The notes beneath the pieces are model-generated. The model was not told the origin of the DNA. It was given only the letters and a program-made list of their open reading frames with translations, and did no database searches. Made by a program: the position numbers and the translations under genes. This document shows positions 24,021 through 37,717 of a stretch of DNA of 64,000 nt, in pieces. This DNA is from Octopus sinensis (Eukaryota). Each line of letters begins with the position of its first letter. The stretch's first letter is position 1. The stretch spans positions 124,001-188,000 of the forward strand of contig NW_021832035.1 in NCBI RefSeq assembly GCF_006345805.1. Reading direction: 5' to 3'.

Positions 24021-24640
24021 CCACGAAATCTATTGACTGTCCATATTGTTTTATGTATAAGACTTGAATATTAAATGACTGACTTTGAACATAAAAGTAA
24101 CATTTAAATAATATTAAGCGTTCAGATGAAAAGGGAAGCTGTAGAGTTTGTCAATATAATAAACATTACTGTGACTATATTATTTTATTAACGATGTACT
24201 CGGCTTCGAAAGAAACAAAAAAAGCCTTCAGAAAAAGTTATTGTCAATATTAGTGATTGAAGTACTTTAAAACGGTTTCCCTCCTACTAACAGCTGCCTT
24301 ATCTGTCAACTGGTCCCCAATCAATATCTTTCCTCTTTCACTTAACACTTACCAAATCTTAGTAAATGGAAGCAGTTTGGAGAGAGTTAGATAGAAAGAA
24401 AGAAAGAATAAAATAAAGGAAATTCTTTTTATTTTTTATTTTTTTCCCATTCCTAAACGATAGTAGGAATTCCCAGAAGGAAACTTGTTATTATTATATA
24501 TCGTAAGCCTTTACTTTTACCATAATACCTCCTTCAACCAAGTGATAGGTTGAAGAAAAAGCTCGGGAAAATCTTGATCGATACACTTTTAACTGTGGAA
24601 TTTATTTATTTATTTATTTATATGTGTATGAGAGAGAGAA

Positions 24641-24696
<56 letters not shown>

Positions 24697-24931
24697 AAGT
24701 GTGTGTGTGTGTGGAATAATGTTCTGATTGATCCCAGTCTGATATTTTCACAGAATTTGTTCATCTCTCGACAATTTAGACTGCTTCGCTGTCTGTCTGT
24801 AATGGTGGGCAGGGAAGGATGGGTAGAAGTGAAGTGATAAGACAAAGTACTTTCCCCACCTTTCTCTCTCTCTCTCTATCTCTCGGAATTACAAATAAAG
24901 AAGCATAGGTTAAGATGAAAAAAAAAAACTG

Positions 24932-24964
<33 letters not shown>

Positions 24965-25893
24965 TGGATGTGATACATTGTATATCTTTTTTTCTGAACA
25001 AATTTTGCAAACTTGCTTGTTCAAGTAATGTGTGTGTCTGTGTGTGTGTGTGTGTAGCTATATAATGCACTTAAGTAATATTTATTTTTTTCCCATTTTG
25101 ATGTCTGGTTTTTGTATATTTTATTTCAATGGAAGGATATATATTAGCATTGTATATTTGTGTGTGTGATTGTTAACAACCAAGACAAACTAATGATGCT
25201 AAAATATAAAAAAAAAAACTACTTTGTTTATTTTCCACTGTGTATAAAACTGCTGTTGGTTGACTGGGATTTATCAACCTGGAAAGGCAGCTAATCTAAG
25301 AGAGAGGAAAACCCGCTACCTCACAAATATACTAAATTGTAGGAAAAGCTTCAGGAATAAACTTCGCAATTGAATCCAGAGCTGTAGTCCCCAAGGCAAG
25401 TCCTATGTTGCCTGCAACTTTGTTCTGGCAACTTCTATGTTGCCTTCAACTTTGTTCTGGCAACTTCTGTATCAGCCCTTGTCATTACCTTAGAGAATAC
25501 CTATTTGTTTTACTACCCACAAGGGGTTAAACACAGGGGACAAACAAGGACAGACAAACGGATTGTCGATTATATCGACCCCAGTGCGTAACTGTTACTT
25601 ATTTAATCGACCCTGAAAGGATGAAAGGCAAAGTCGACCTCGGCCGAATTTGAACTAGCGGCAGACGAAATACTGCTGGAGTAGGGGAGCAACTGCTGGT
25701 TTCCTATGCAATTTTATCCTAGTCTGCATCTTGGAAAGGACACTGACGCCATCTCATTGTATAGCATATATAACAGACATGAAAATGCATTAGTGTGTTG
25801 GTTGTTGGTCTGTTTAGTTGCCGGAGATACGACTCCATGAGCACAGACTGAAGTAGATTGTCCAGATGCACTTTTATAGTACTGCAAGAGTAA

Positions 25894-26290
25894 TCTTTAT
25901 ATATAAAAGTAAGGTTGTGTGTCTGTCTCCTACGATTTAGATTCCTAACTACTCCCACATTTTGCGGTGCAGTTTAACCAAAACCGGGTATCTTATAGTC
26001 GTGATTCATATCAAGCCCTTCTGGGTATTAGCGCGCGTCTATGATGAGTCTACGATTTAAAAAAAATTTACCTTCATTTCTTTCCATTTTAATGCATTTT
26101 TTCGATATTATATAAGGGAAGTAACTCTCTAAAAATGTCTACGATGAGTCAACGATTTAAAAAAAAATTTACCATCATTTTTTTTCCATTTTTAATGCAT
26201 TTTTTTGCTATTTTTTGGCTATAACTCTCTAAAAATGCTTATATAGTTATTTCCCTTTCAAACCCGAGCAACGCCGGGCGATACTGCTAG
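25894..26290 (+). mobile_element. Non-autonomous Helitron-like element
   Basis: A|TC 5' end, subterminal hairpin CCCG..CGGG (26263-26278), CTAG|T 3' end, no TSD; internal ~100-bp duplication. Confidence 0.85.
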
Positions 26291-28028
26291 TAGACTCTAA
26301 AGAAGAAAAGTGCTACATAAGAGTAGATGTGGCTGTGTGGTAAGATATTTGCTTTCCAAGTACATGGTTCTGTGTTCAATATCACTGCATGGCACCTTGG
26401 GCAAAATGTCCTCTACTATAAGCTTTGGGCCGACTAAAGCTTTGTGAGTGGATTTGGAAGAGTCAACCCTTTTCCCAAAGAATTACTTGTCTGGATTGAG
26501 AGGGAAGGATATAATAGTGTTCCAAGTGTATTTTGCATGTGTTTTGGAATATTGTGCTGGTGTTCAAATACTGACTGCGATAGTTGGTGCCTTCTACAAA
26601 CTGTACCCCTCTCATATTCAAGTGGTTTTTTTTTTTTTTTTCTGGGAAGAGGGTTTGAAAGAAGCTTGTCATGTGTGTGTCTTTGTATATTTGTTTGGCT
26701 TCCCCATCACTGCTTGGTAACCACTGGTGTTAGTGTGTTTACATCCCCACAGCTTAAAAAAGACAATTCTATGAGCTTGCCACCTCTTGAAGAAATATTA
26801 CCTTGCTTGGAAACAGGTGAGAGTTGGAGACAGGAGGAGCATCTGGCTGTAGAAAATAAGCCAGATTTAGAATAGGTACCTGGCTTTACAACAAGTATTG
26901 AGTACTGTGGTCAATTCTGTTAACTAAAAATTCTGCCAGGTGGTGCCCCAACGCCACAGTCTAATGACTGAAACAATTAACCGATAAGAGTTAAACAAAA
27001 TTGTCATTTGAGAGTTAAGAGATTAATAAGTCATTAAATTATTTGGCGATGTAGAAGCTATGCACTGATATAGTCAGTCTAATATTGTCATCTTGGTCAT
27101 TAAAGTAACCATGTTTTGGCCATTGTAAACTCCACTGAGACCTTTTACTAAATCCATAGGAGTAGATTGTTCATATTCTGTTGTCCATGCCAAGAAGTCT
27201 ACTATTATCTCCCTCATTATGGTTGCTTGTCCATTCGACTGGAATCAGATTAGAGTAAGCTATATTTGACAGACCGAAGGGATTGAACTTGCCCTTACTT
27301 GCTAAAGTGCTATGTTTGACACTAAACTCTGTCAGACCATATTCTTGGTATAATAGGAAGTTCAGACTTGAAACTCTGCCAAATTACCAATATTGTGAGA
27401 ACGAGAAAATTTTAGTTTGTCTTAAGATCAAATCAAACTAAAAGGGAATTAGTCAGTGTTTTTTTTTTTAAATGTCTGCTTGAATATAAGGTGTTCTTTA
27501 GAATTATTCTTGTTTTTTTTTGTTTGTTTATTTATTTTTACCGTGAAGCCAAAGCACATCACAATCAGGCACATCTGAAGGGGAAAAGCAAAGGTACAGG
27601 ATGTTCACAACTGCAGAAGTATTGCAGGGATTCGAATATTCTGGGACTTCAATCAAATGTTTCTCAAAAGGCAATTTAGAATTTAGCATCAGTCGACAAG
27701 CATGGCAGTTTTGAAGTTGAAAACGAAATGGGAAGTGATGTTCATAATTCATAAACCGAAAGTAAAAGTGATGTCCTGCATGAATAAAAGCAATAACGGG
27801 AAAATGTCTAATCAAAGCTCAATATTGGGATTAGATGGAAGACTTGTCAGTTTTAAACATAACCCAACCCAAGTTTTTATGTGTCTGTCAATTGTTTTCA
27901 ATAAATCTCTTTCTGTTTGTAGAATATACATTTTAAAGGGTATTGGCTCTATAGCTCCGGTACAAACATGGGTTATATCCCCTTGGCTGTGACTGACAGG
28001 GTTAGTCAACGATTATATTCATTGTCCT

Positions 28029-28262
28029 TAAGATGGTGAACTGGCAGAAACGTTAGCACGCCGGATGAAATGCGTAGCCATATTTCGTCTGTCGTTACGT
28101 TCCGAGTTCAAATTTCGCCGAGGTCAACTTTGCCTTTCATCCTGTTGGGGTCGATAAATAAAGTACCAGTTACGCACTGGGGTTGATGTAATCGTCTTAA
28201 TCCGTTTGTCTGTTCTTGTTTGTCCCCTCTATGTTTAGCCCTTTGTGGGCAGTAAAGAAATA
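28029..28262 (+). mobile_element. SINE family B, full length
   Basis: Flanked by a duplicated TATATTCATTGTCC. Confidence 0.9.
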
Positions 28263-30038
28263 TATATTCATTGTCCAAGTGGATGGTCAGTTACTGGAAA
28301 TTAGAGTGCTCGGCCTCTTGCATATTGCAGGTTGATTTCATAAGCAGGCTGTTCTATTGATCAGATCGACTGGAACCTTCATCTTTGTAACTGCCTGAGT
28401 GCCAGTTAAATTTTTTTTTCTTTTCATGTAATGAAACCATATCTGAGAATCCTGCAACATTCTACAAATCTTAGTGATTCTTTCATGTTCAGGATGTGAA
28501 ACCTTAACACCAGTAAAGTTTGTGTAAGAAGCAGTGACTCTAGGTATTATTAGCTATGAAAGCCATGATGAAACAACGTCACATAAATATCCTAATTAAT
28601 GGGATGTGTGGTGAGTTCATTATAGAGCTAAAGGCAATTTAACACAAGAAGAAAGCAGAACAAGAAAACCCACTTGGATAAAAGGCAAAGTCAACCTTGG
28701 CGGATTTGAACTCAGAATGTAACAGCAGATGAAATACGCTAAGCATTTTGCCTGGCGTGCTAATGTATCTGCCAGCTTGCCGGCTTCTTTCAGTTTCTGC
28801 CTACAAATCCACTCATAAGGCTTTGGTTGGCTTGGGGTTATAGTAGAAGATACTTGTTCAACATGCCACATATATTCATTGTCCTAGGGATGGTCAGTTA
28901 CTGGAAATTAGAGCTCGCCAGCTTCTTTCAGTTTCTGCCTACCAAATCCACTCACAAGGCTTTGGTTGGCTTGGGGTTATAGTAGAAGATACTTGTTCAA
29001 CATGCCATATATATTCATTGTCCTAGTGGATGGTCAGTTACTGGAAATTAGAGCTCGCCAGCTTCTTTCAGTTTCTGCCTACCAAATCCACTCACAAGGC
29101 TTTGGTTGGCTTGGGGTTATAGTAGAAGATACTTGTTCAACATGCCATATATATTCATTGTCCTAGTGGATGGTCAGTTACTGGAAATTAGAGCTCGCCA
29201 GCTTCTTTCAGTTTCTGCCTACCAAATCCACTCACAAGGCTTTGGTTGGCTTGGGGTTATAGTAGAAGATACTTGTTCAACATGCCATATATATTCATTG
29301 TCCAAGTGGATGGTCAGTTACTGGAAATTAGAGTGCTCGGCCTCTTGCATATTGCAGGTTGATTTCATAAGCAGGCTGTTCTATTGATCAGATCGACTGG
29401 AACCTTCATCTTTGTAACTGCCTGAGTGCCAGTTAAATTTTTTTTTCTTTTCATGTAATGAAACCATATCTGAGAATCCTGCAACATTCTACAAATCTTA
29501 GTGATTCTTTCATGTTCAGGATGTGAAACCTTAACACCAGTAAAGTTTGTGTAAGAAGCAGTGACTCTAGGTATTATTAGCTATGAAAGCCATGATGAAA
29601 CAACGTCACATAAATATCCTAATTAATGGGATGTGTGGTGAGTTCATTATAGAGCTAAAGGCAATTTAACACAAGAAGAAAGCAGAACAAGAAAACCCAC
29701 TTGGATAAAAGGCAAAGTCAACCTTGGCGGAATTTGAACTCAGAATGTAACAGCAGATGAAATACCGCTAAGCATTTTGCCTGGCGTGCTAATGTATCTG
29801 CCAGCTTGCCGGCTTCTTTCAGTTTCTGCCTACCAAATCCACTCATAAGGCTTTGGTTGGCTTGGGGTTATAGTAGAAGATACTTGTTCAACATGCCATA
29901 TATATTCATTGTCCTAGTGGATGGTCAGTTACTGGAAGTTAGAGCTCGCCGGCTTCTTTCAGTTTCTGCCTACCAAATCCGCTCACAAGGCTTTGGTTGG
30001 CTTGGGGTTATAGTAGAAGATACTTGTTCAACATGCCA
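28261..30038. repeat. Nested duplication: ~660-bp segment repeated about 1027 bp downstream plus a 140-bp tandem array
   Basis: 28261-28920 recurs at 29288-29950; lines starting 28921, 29061 and 29201 begin identical 140-bp units. Confidence 0.95.
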
Positions 30039-31318
30039 TTCAGAAGTGTGCATGTGGTTGGGAAACCGACGTCTTAACTACACATTCATGTCTGTACTGA
30101 GGTAGAAGATACTTAATTTATGAGAACAGATTTAAGTAGGAGAGGAGGAGGTAGTTATGGATACTGCGAGAAAGAAAGTTGAAATAAAATACCATATGGA
30201 GGAAATTAAGTTTTAGAATGAAAGATATTGAATATAGGCTATCAGTTTAAATAAAATGATTTGAAAAAATAAATCAAATCTGATATGAAGACATTGAGAA
30301 GTTGGCTTGTCATTTTCTTTGTTTATCAATTATGATGTATATCCACTCTCTGAATTATATTTTATTCTTGTTGTTGTTGTTGTTGTTGTTCATTTGAGTA
30401 TAATAGAGGATTTTTAGGAATTAAAAATGAATAACGCTGTTTTGAGTTAATTTGTTGGTAGTAATAGTCAGGGACAGATTGAGTTAACTCTCTGAAAAGG
30501 AGATTAAAAAAATACGACTACAGTTTTAACTGTTGCTGTATTATTTGCCACTTGATTTGAGTCGACCTGTACTTTTATTTATTTATTTATTTATTTGTCT
30601 ATTTTGAATGCTAATTCATGGTATAATCCACTAAGTGATCTTGACAAGCATCTCTGATTATAGAAACATCTGAAAGAAAAACAAATGCAACCAGTTCAAT
30701 TTAATCCAAAATATGCTATTTCAAATCAAATCTTATTTTATAGATTTAGCAAGAGTAATTTTTGTTGAAATACATAAAGAACATTCCTTTTTGTGATAGT
30801 TTTCTGTGAAAAATGATCCGCTAAGCAAAGTGGTAGTCATGAAGCTGCAACTTGGAAAGCAGAGTTGTGAAGAGGCATTTGTTGAGGTTTTCTAGGCTCT
30901 GAGTTCAAATTCTACTGGGGTTCAATTTTCATTTCTTCCATTTGGAGTTGATAAAACAGGCACAAACATAGCTGTGTGGTTAAAAAGCTTGCTTTGCCAC
31001 CATGTGGTTTTGGGTTCAATTCTTCTAGACGGTACATTAGGCAAGTATCTTCAATAGCCCTGGGCTAACCGATGTCTTGTGAGTGAATACGGTAGATATG
31101 ACTGTGTGGTTAGGGAGCTTGCTTCTTAGCTACATGGTTTCGGGTTCAGTCCCACTGCGTGGCACTTTGGGCAAGTGTCTTCTGCTATAGCCCCGGACTG
31201 ACCGAAGCTTTGTGATTGAATTTGGTAGGCGGAAGTTACTGTAGGTGTGTGTAGGTGCTTGTGCCTCTCCAAGAAACTGTGAGTAAGCCAATCTTGTGTG
31301 TGTGTGTGTGTGTGTGTA

Positions 31319-31768
31319 TAGGTCATCATCGACTTACGACCTATTCAATTTACAATCAATTGACTTAACGATGATTGGCATGCCAGCTCCCAGTAGCAAT
31401 AATAAATAGTCCAGCTGAAATCTAATGGGTTTAATTTCTTAGAAATTAACCCATCTACAGATGATGTCAGCTAACAAACATATGCCCTAGGTTTGGTTAT
31501 CGATTGCCACTATGTTGGATGATTATCTTGTTGCAAAGACATCAAGGCAACCTCATATTTGTTTATAAGATGACTGCTTGAGACCCCAAAGTTTTTTTAC
31601 AAACACCAGTATAATAGTATAATACAGAATGCTGTATGTGACTTTTACTCAAGAATGTACCTTAAGAATGTAAAAATATAAAACAAAGCTTATAGGCTGA
31701 CTTAGGACCAGATTGACTTACAACCAGCCAGTTGGAACCAATTGTGGTTGTAAGTCAACGATGACCTG
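31319..31768. mobile_element. pogo/Tigger-like MITE
   Basis: TA-flanked 23-bp TIRs: TAGGTCATCATCGACTTACGACC versus reverse complement CAGGTCATCGTTGACTTACAACC. Confidence 0.8.
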
Positions 31769-31819
31769 TATATATGCATGTATGTATGTATGTATGTGTA
31801 GTATGTATGTATGTATGAA

Positions 31820-31882
<63 letters not shown>

Positions 31883-31980
31883 CTTCAGAAATACATATGC
31901 TAAAATTGGAACAATACAGAGAAGAATACCATGGCCCCTGCACAACTGTAACATGCAAATTTGTGAAGTGTTCCATATTT
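31883..31980 (+). pseudogene. U6: U6 snRNA pseudogene
   Basis: Ungapped match to metazoan U6 from CTTCGGCAGC to TTCCATATTT, including ACAGAGA; catalytic AGC triad changed to ACC; 5' end replaced by microsatellite. Confidence 0.95.
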
Positions 31981-32214
31981 CAAAATCACTCTGGTGCTCC
32001 AGCTTGACCGCAGCTACATGGCTGAAATGAATTAATGACTTGCAGGGACAACAATAATATACCACAAAGTATATGCAACCATAATATACCATAGTATATT
32101 ATGCAATCATAATATAGTATAAAGTATATTAAGCGTTTTTATAAGTCAATACCGTGTACTAACTACTGTGTTAGCAGTGCACTTTACATCACTTGTTAAG
32201 GTCATCTCTATAGA

Positions 32215-32615
32215 TCATCATCATCATTATTTAACGTCCATTTTCCATGCTAGCATGGGTTGGACGGTTCGACCGGGGTCTGGTAAGCCATGGAGGCTGC
32301 ACCAGGCTCTAGTCTGATTTGGCAGTGTTTCCACAGCTGGATGCCTTCCCAACGCCAACCACACTGTGAGTGTAGTGGGTGCTTTTTACATGCCACCGGC
32401 TCAGGAGCCAGAGCAGGCTGGCAAACGACCATGATCGGTTGGTGCTTTTTACGTGTCACCGACACGGACGCCAGTCAGGCAACGCTAGTATCTGCCACGC
32501 TCGAATGGTGCTTTTTACGTGCTCACCGGCACGGGTGTCTTAACTACAATTTCCATTTGAATTTTTCGATGTTGACGAACTTGACTCAACAGGTCTCCTC
32601 AAGAACAGCGGGTCA
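32215..32615 (-). mobile_element. SINE-like family A (the only clear minus-strand copy)
   Basis: (CAT)n followed by TTTAACGTCC and CAGCTGGATGCCTTCC. Confidence 0.9.
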
Positions 32616-32878
32616 TTCTATAAAAATCAGTGTTGGCTGTATTTTCCATAGAATATCTATAGAGATAATCTTAACAAGTGACATAAAAGAATATATGTGT
32701 GTGTGTGTGTTTGCCCCATTCCTGCTTGACAACCAGTGTTGGTTTGTTTACATTCCCTTAACTTCTCTCTCTCTCTCTCTCATTAATTACATGCAAGTAT
32801 TCAATATTGTCCTTTAAAGCTCATCACTCAGCTTTAATTTCAAGACATCTTAAAATTGAAAAGTAAGAAATAAGTATT

Positions 32879-33164
32879 TTTGTATTTAGGAATGGTCATT
32901 TTGCCAGTTTAGCCAATAAAAACACACGCACTATATATTTGGTGTTACTTTGCTTCAGCGTTATTTATTTTTTACATTAATCTTAATCTTATTTCGGCTA
33001 GAGTTCTTTCGTCACACTCCTGTGACCTCATCGGTGGTCCTTTGCTTTCTTCTTTCTTAGTTGTGTGTCTCTCGTTACTAACGGTCAGCCATTTTGTATT
33101 TTGTATTCCTATTGTGTCTTCACACGATTTCACATCAAAAATCTTGCAAAACAAATATATAAAC
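32879..33164 (-). mobile_element. Penelope-like short insert with hammerhead-like motif
   Basis: 16-bp TSD GTAAGAAATAAGTATT (32863-32878 / 33165-33180). Confidence 0.7.
32996..33040 (-). ncRNA. Minimal hammerhead-like motif (C3-G8, U4C)
   Basis: Minus strand GGACCA-CCGATGA-G-GTCACA-ggag-TGTGAC-GAAA-GAACTC-TAGCC; perfect 6-bp stem II, damaged stem I. Confidence 0.55.
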
Positions 33165-33543
33165 GTAAGAAATAAGTATTAGGACTTAAAGAGTTAAAAG
33201 TAAAAAAAAAAATCTATGAAGAAATTTTTGACAAACACTTTCAGTAATAATTTTAATAATAAATCATAAAGCTAATTTTAAGTGACATTTATTGAAGTAT
33301 TTTATTAGTGTCTCCTACACCACAAATAAGTTTAGATTGTAACATTGATTTTTTTCTGCAATTCATTTTGTAAGAATTCACTCATTTATTAAATAAATCC
33401 ACAGACACTTGATACTTCCAGAGAAATTACAGGATCGCACTCAATAGATTTCTGTTCAATAATAAAGTTTATATTCATTGTGTGTGTTCCTACAAATAGA
33501 CACATTCATGCTTCCGTTCTTTCTCAAATTCCACTCACAAGGT

Positions 33544-33798
33544 CACTGATTTGGGAATGAAATTTGCTTAGGAGGTGCAAACCCAGGTCCAGAATTTTTT
33601 ACAAACAAGGTCTTATTGTTTTTTTGTTTTTTTTTTTACTTTTTGTTCTTTGAGAAGAAACCTAACTTCAAGCTACTTTTTACAGATTACTTTTTAAACA
33701 TCAGTTTCTAAATCTGAGTAATGTAGGAGTGTAAATTTTGATCTTGCATCCCCAGCAAATTTTAACTAGTGCAAGTGTATCCCGTTTCCAGGCCTGCG
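33544..33798. mobile_element. hAT-type MITE, second copy, inserted in a family C SINE
   Basis: Homologous to 18219-18490; 8-bp TSD CACAAGGT/TACAAGGT. Confidence 0.75.
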
Positions 33799-34987
33799 TA
33801 CAAGGTTTTGGTCAGTTTGAGGCTTTGATAATGATGATAATATATAAATTTAACCAAGGTGCTGTGCTCTGGAATCAAACCAGGTACCATGAGTTTTCTA
33901 GGCAAATTTCTAAACCATACAACTGTGCCTGCTGAGTAAATTATTTTTCTTTTATAAAATGACAATTAGATCAAAATTTTCTGAAGAATTCATTATGAGA
34001 ATAAGCTGTATATAAATTGCATTTTTTTGTCTTTTCGCAAACATTTTTAGGAATCTGTATACAGGATAGGGTTAAATAAGAGAAGCGATCATCGTTTTTA
34101 TTACAATTTATTTTCTATTTGCTAGAAATCTACTTTGGTTTTGTGAGTATTAAGTTACAGCTTAAATACTAAATGTTTTTTTAATTTTTTTTAACAGATG
34201 TAATATAATCATCTGACTGAATGTGTTAATATTTTTCATCTTTCTGGTTAGATATTATCTGAATAATTTATCACCGTAGCAACTATGCTTCATTACAATT
34301 AGATGCTTTGGAAAATGGAACTTAATGTTTTACCAAATGATATTTTTCTCTCTCAGCAGTTTCAAAACTGACCAAGTCTGAAGTGTAATAATTAACACGT
34401 TCAGTTTTGTGAAGAACTTGGCGTTAATGAATACCAATGAGATGTTTGGTGATGTGGAACTATTATATGACTAGTAAAGTTCCCAACAGTTACCTCATTA
34501 TCGTAGAACATATATCCACGCTGGCAATTAAGCTGTAATGATAAGAAGGGCTGAAAGTAGTTAGACTTCTCATTACACCATTTTAATATACTAAATGATC
34601 ACTATTACCATAAATCTTCCAAATCCACACTCCATAGCTTATGGTTTGTTATTTTATATTCTCTTTAGCTGCTTTCACTAATGACTATTCTGAAGCATTT
34701 TTTGTTTCCTCATAACAATAGTAAACTCACTCATGTTGCTCTTATCTCCGTTATAGTCACCGTTTAGTCCCTGTATGTTTCCTTTATTTTATGTGCTACG
34801 TGGTTATTAATGGCTTTGAGGCAACGGGAGACGCAAACAAAAAGTCCAAGTTATCTATGAATAACGGTTTCTGTTCACGATATATTTTTATGAGAAAAGT
34901 TTAAAACTGAATAGTCTGAGTTGGCTATTTGGTCTCAGGTCAACAACCCTCGTTGAGCAGACCTATCATGATTGGCGTTTTATTGAG

Positions 34988-35240
34988 ATAAGATGGTTAT
35001 CACAAAAGTTCTTGGACTAGTCATGCTTAATAAAAAATAACCTACTTGCCCAAGTTTTAACATCATCACCTTTGAATCAATCACCCTGTGCAACAATACA
35101 CTGGTCTCAGCGTTCCTGTGACTTTTGGAATCTGGCCTGGAAGTTGTTTTCCGTGAGCGAGTCAAGGACCTTCTGTGATACACTTTGGATCTCAGCAATG
35201 GTGTTAAAACATTGACCTTTGAGTTACATTTTCATTACAC
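34988..35240 (-). mobile_element. mariner 3' relic
   Basis: Minus-strand LKGQCFNTIAEIQSVSQKVLDSLTENNFQARFQKSQER*DQCIVAQGD*FKGD matches a mariner transposase C-terminus. Confidence 0.85.
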
Positions 35241-35344
35241 GTGAGGAGAGTCTGGTGAAGATTCGAATTCTTGTTGTCTGTTATAGTTAATTTCAATGTT
35301 CATTTATTTGATTTGACTCTATATCTAATCATGTGTATAAATAC

Positions 35345-35402
<58 letters not shown>

Positions 35403-36711
35403 TCAAAATAAGCAACAAGAATGACTCTGGAATCATTCTTGTTGCTTATTTTGATTATAATCACCCAGCAAATTTTTATGGATAACACCATACAGAATTC
35501 TGGTGCATCTAAATTAAGTACCTTATTAATTTGAATCTAAATTTTTGCTGATATATATATATATATATATGTACACGAGTGTATGCTTGTGTCTCTTTGT
35601 TTTGACAAGCATTTTAGTTGTAAATGAGTGTCGTGTTCATATATAAGTGGTATCAAGTTTGCAGTCTTCTGTGCAACATGTCTGCTAGCCACGGGGGGAA
35701 ATTTGACCTTGCTAGGAAACACGTGTGGGCTGGTGACAGGAAAGACATCTAGCTGTACAAAATCCATATCATCTGACCGAGACAAGCTTGGAAGGTGGAC
35801 ATTAAATGATGACAGTGATGATAATTATGTTAATATATTGAAAGATTACCAGGGCATTTCTGTCTTCTGGTTATGAATTGTGTGGGATTAGTGTTAGTGT
35901 GTTGTCCTGATAATGTTACCATTAAAGCATATAAATATCTTTTAATGATAACCATCGAATGTCTTGTAATACATTTCGTCTGTGATATTGCCAAAACAGA
36001 GATCAGATAATTGTCGGGTAACTTTAATTAGAACATAAAATGCTGCAGTGGTTTCCTCGATTCCACTGAAATGGTGAAAGTTTCTATTTGTTGTTATGCT
36101 GTGGGTGTGGAAGGCACAAATGTGGTTGTGTGACTAAGAAGCTCGCTTCCCGAACATGTGGTCTTGGGTTCAGTCCCACTGCATGGCACCTTGGGTAAGT
36201 GTCTCCCACTATGTGCCTCAGGGCAGCCAAAAGCTTGTGAGTGGATTTGATTGACAAAAGCTGATTGTGTGTGAGTGTATATATATGTACATACATACTC
36301 ACCCCCCCCCCCCCCCCGCCACATGTATATATGTGAAGGTGCATGGCCTAGTCAGTATGCAGTATTTTGCACAGGCATTCAGAAGAAATTCATTAAACTC
36401 CTTGGCATGTTCATTTTAACCTCTAGGAAAAAGTGTTCCATATTAATTTGACTCCTACCCTTTGACCTATCCAGCATGGGAGCTCCTTCAAAGAACTTGT
36501 GTTCTGCTGGCATGGCTTCCAGTGTTATCAAGGCACACAAGTTACCTCCCCACAACAAGGACTGGACTTGGTAGTAGTCTAGATGTATGCTACACGTGGA
36601 AACAAATGGGTTGGGCACAGCTTAGAAGCATTCTGACTCCAGCAATACCAGCTCAGTTAGTACTCAACAGGATCTAAACAACAACTCCTACTGTGTTGTT
36701 GTTTAGATCCT

Positions 36712-36905
36712 GAAATTATACTGTTCTAAGTATAATAGATATTATACTGTTCTATAATAGAAATTATACTGTTATAAGTATAATAGAAATTATACTGTTC
36801 TAAGTATAATAGAAATTATACTGTTCTAAGTATAATAGAAATTATACTGTTCTAAGTATAATAGAAATTATACTGTTCTATAATAGAAGTTATACTGTTC
36901 TAAGT
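36712..36905. repeat. 26-bp minisatellite (about 7.5 units)
   Basis: GAAATTATACTGTTCTAAGTATAATA repeated head to tail, with two shortened units. Confidence 0.95.
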
Positions 36906-37648
36906 TTCCCTGAGTGAAATTGTAAAGGTGAATCAAAGTTTATGTTTTAAGTCACCATGGCTGAATGCCCACATTATCGATGAGAGACTAAACTTATACA
37001 TATTTCTTCATAATTTGTATTCATACTATGAAAATTTATAATTAGATAACGATATTCTACTGACAAACTGCAAGAGAATAAGTTGTAAACTAAAAGCTAT
37101 TATGTTTACTGACAAGCATTATACATACATATAATAGGTAGAAGAAGGTGATAGAAGTTGTTCAATCGGCAGACTTGAGGGAGGAAATTAAATTGTGCAA
37201 ATATCTATAGTACTTATTTCCCTCCTTCACAGATCTCAATTCAAATTCCTTATAGGGTTGACTTTACCTTGCATCACATCGAAGTCAATAAAATAAGCAA
37301 TAGTAAGTGCTGAAGTTGATTTAATCAACTGTGCTCTTAAGCTGCAAAAATTGGTTTTGTGCCAAATCAAAAGAAATCGATATGCATCCGACACAAGAAC
37401 AATTATGAATGCTGATTGCATAAGAAGTTTTGTTTTGAACTTGCTGACCCTCGTAGTACAGTAGTTGCTATTATTCCGCTGATTTTGAAATATGTATATA
37501 TGTATTTAAACATAGTTACGGGGGATGTGATTAAGTTTGCTTTTGCAACTGCATGCATCCAGGTTCAATCTCGGTATGCAGCATTTTGGTTAAGCATCTT
37601 CTCTTGTTCCAAATTGATCAATGCCATGTGGGTATTCCGTAAATGGAA

Positions 37649-37680
<32 letters not shown>

Positions 37681-37717
37681 ATACACACATATACACACAC
37701 ACATGCATATAAATAAA

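Noticed and set aside
31883-31980. Functional U6 gene
   Set aside because: The AGC triad and internal stem-loop are mutated, and the 5' end and promoter are replaced by microsatellite and a MITE.
34250-34700. Possible very old RT relic on the minus strand
   Set aside because: Motif resemblance is too weak and out of order to support without a profile search.
34980-35198. Basic 72-aa ORF as a possible exon
   Set aside because: It is an alternative frame of the mariner relic.
36712-36905. CRISPR-like appearance of short repeats (also 23.0-24.0 kb and the family A modules)
   Set aside because: Head-to-tail repeats without unique spacers, no cas genes, eukaryotic context.
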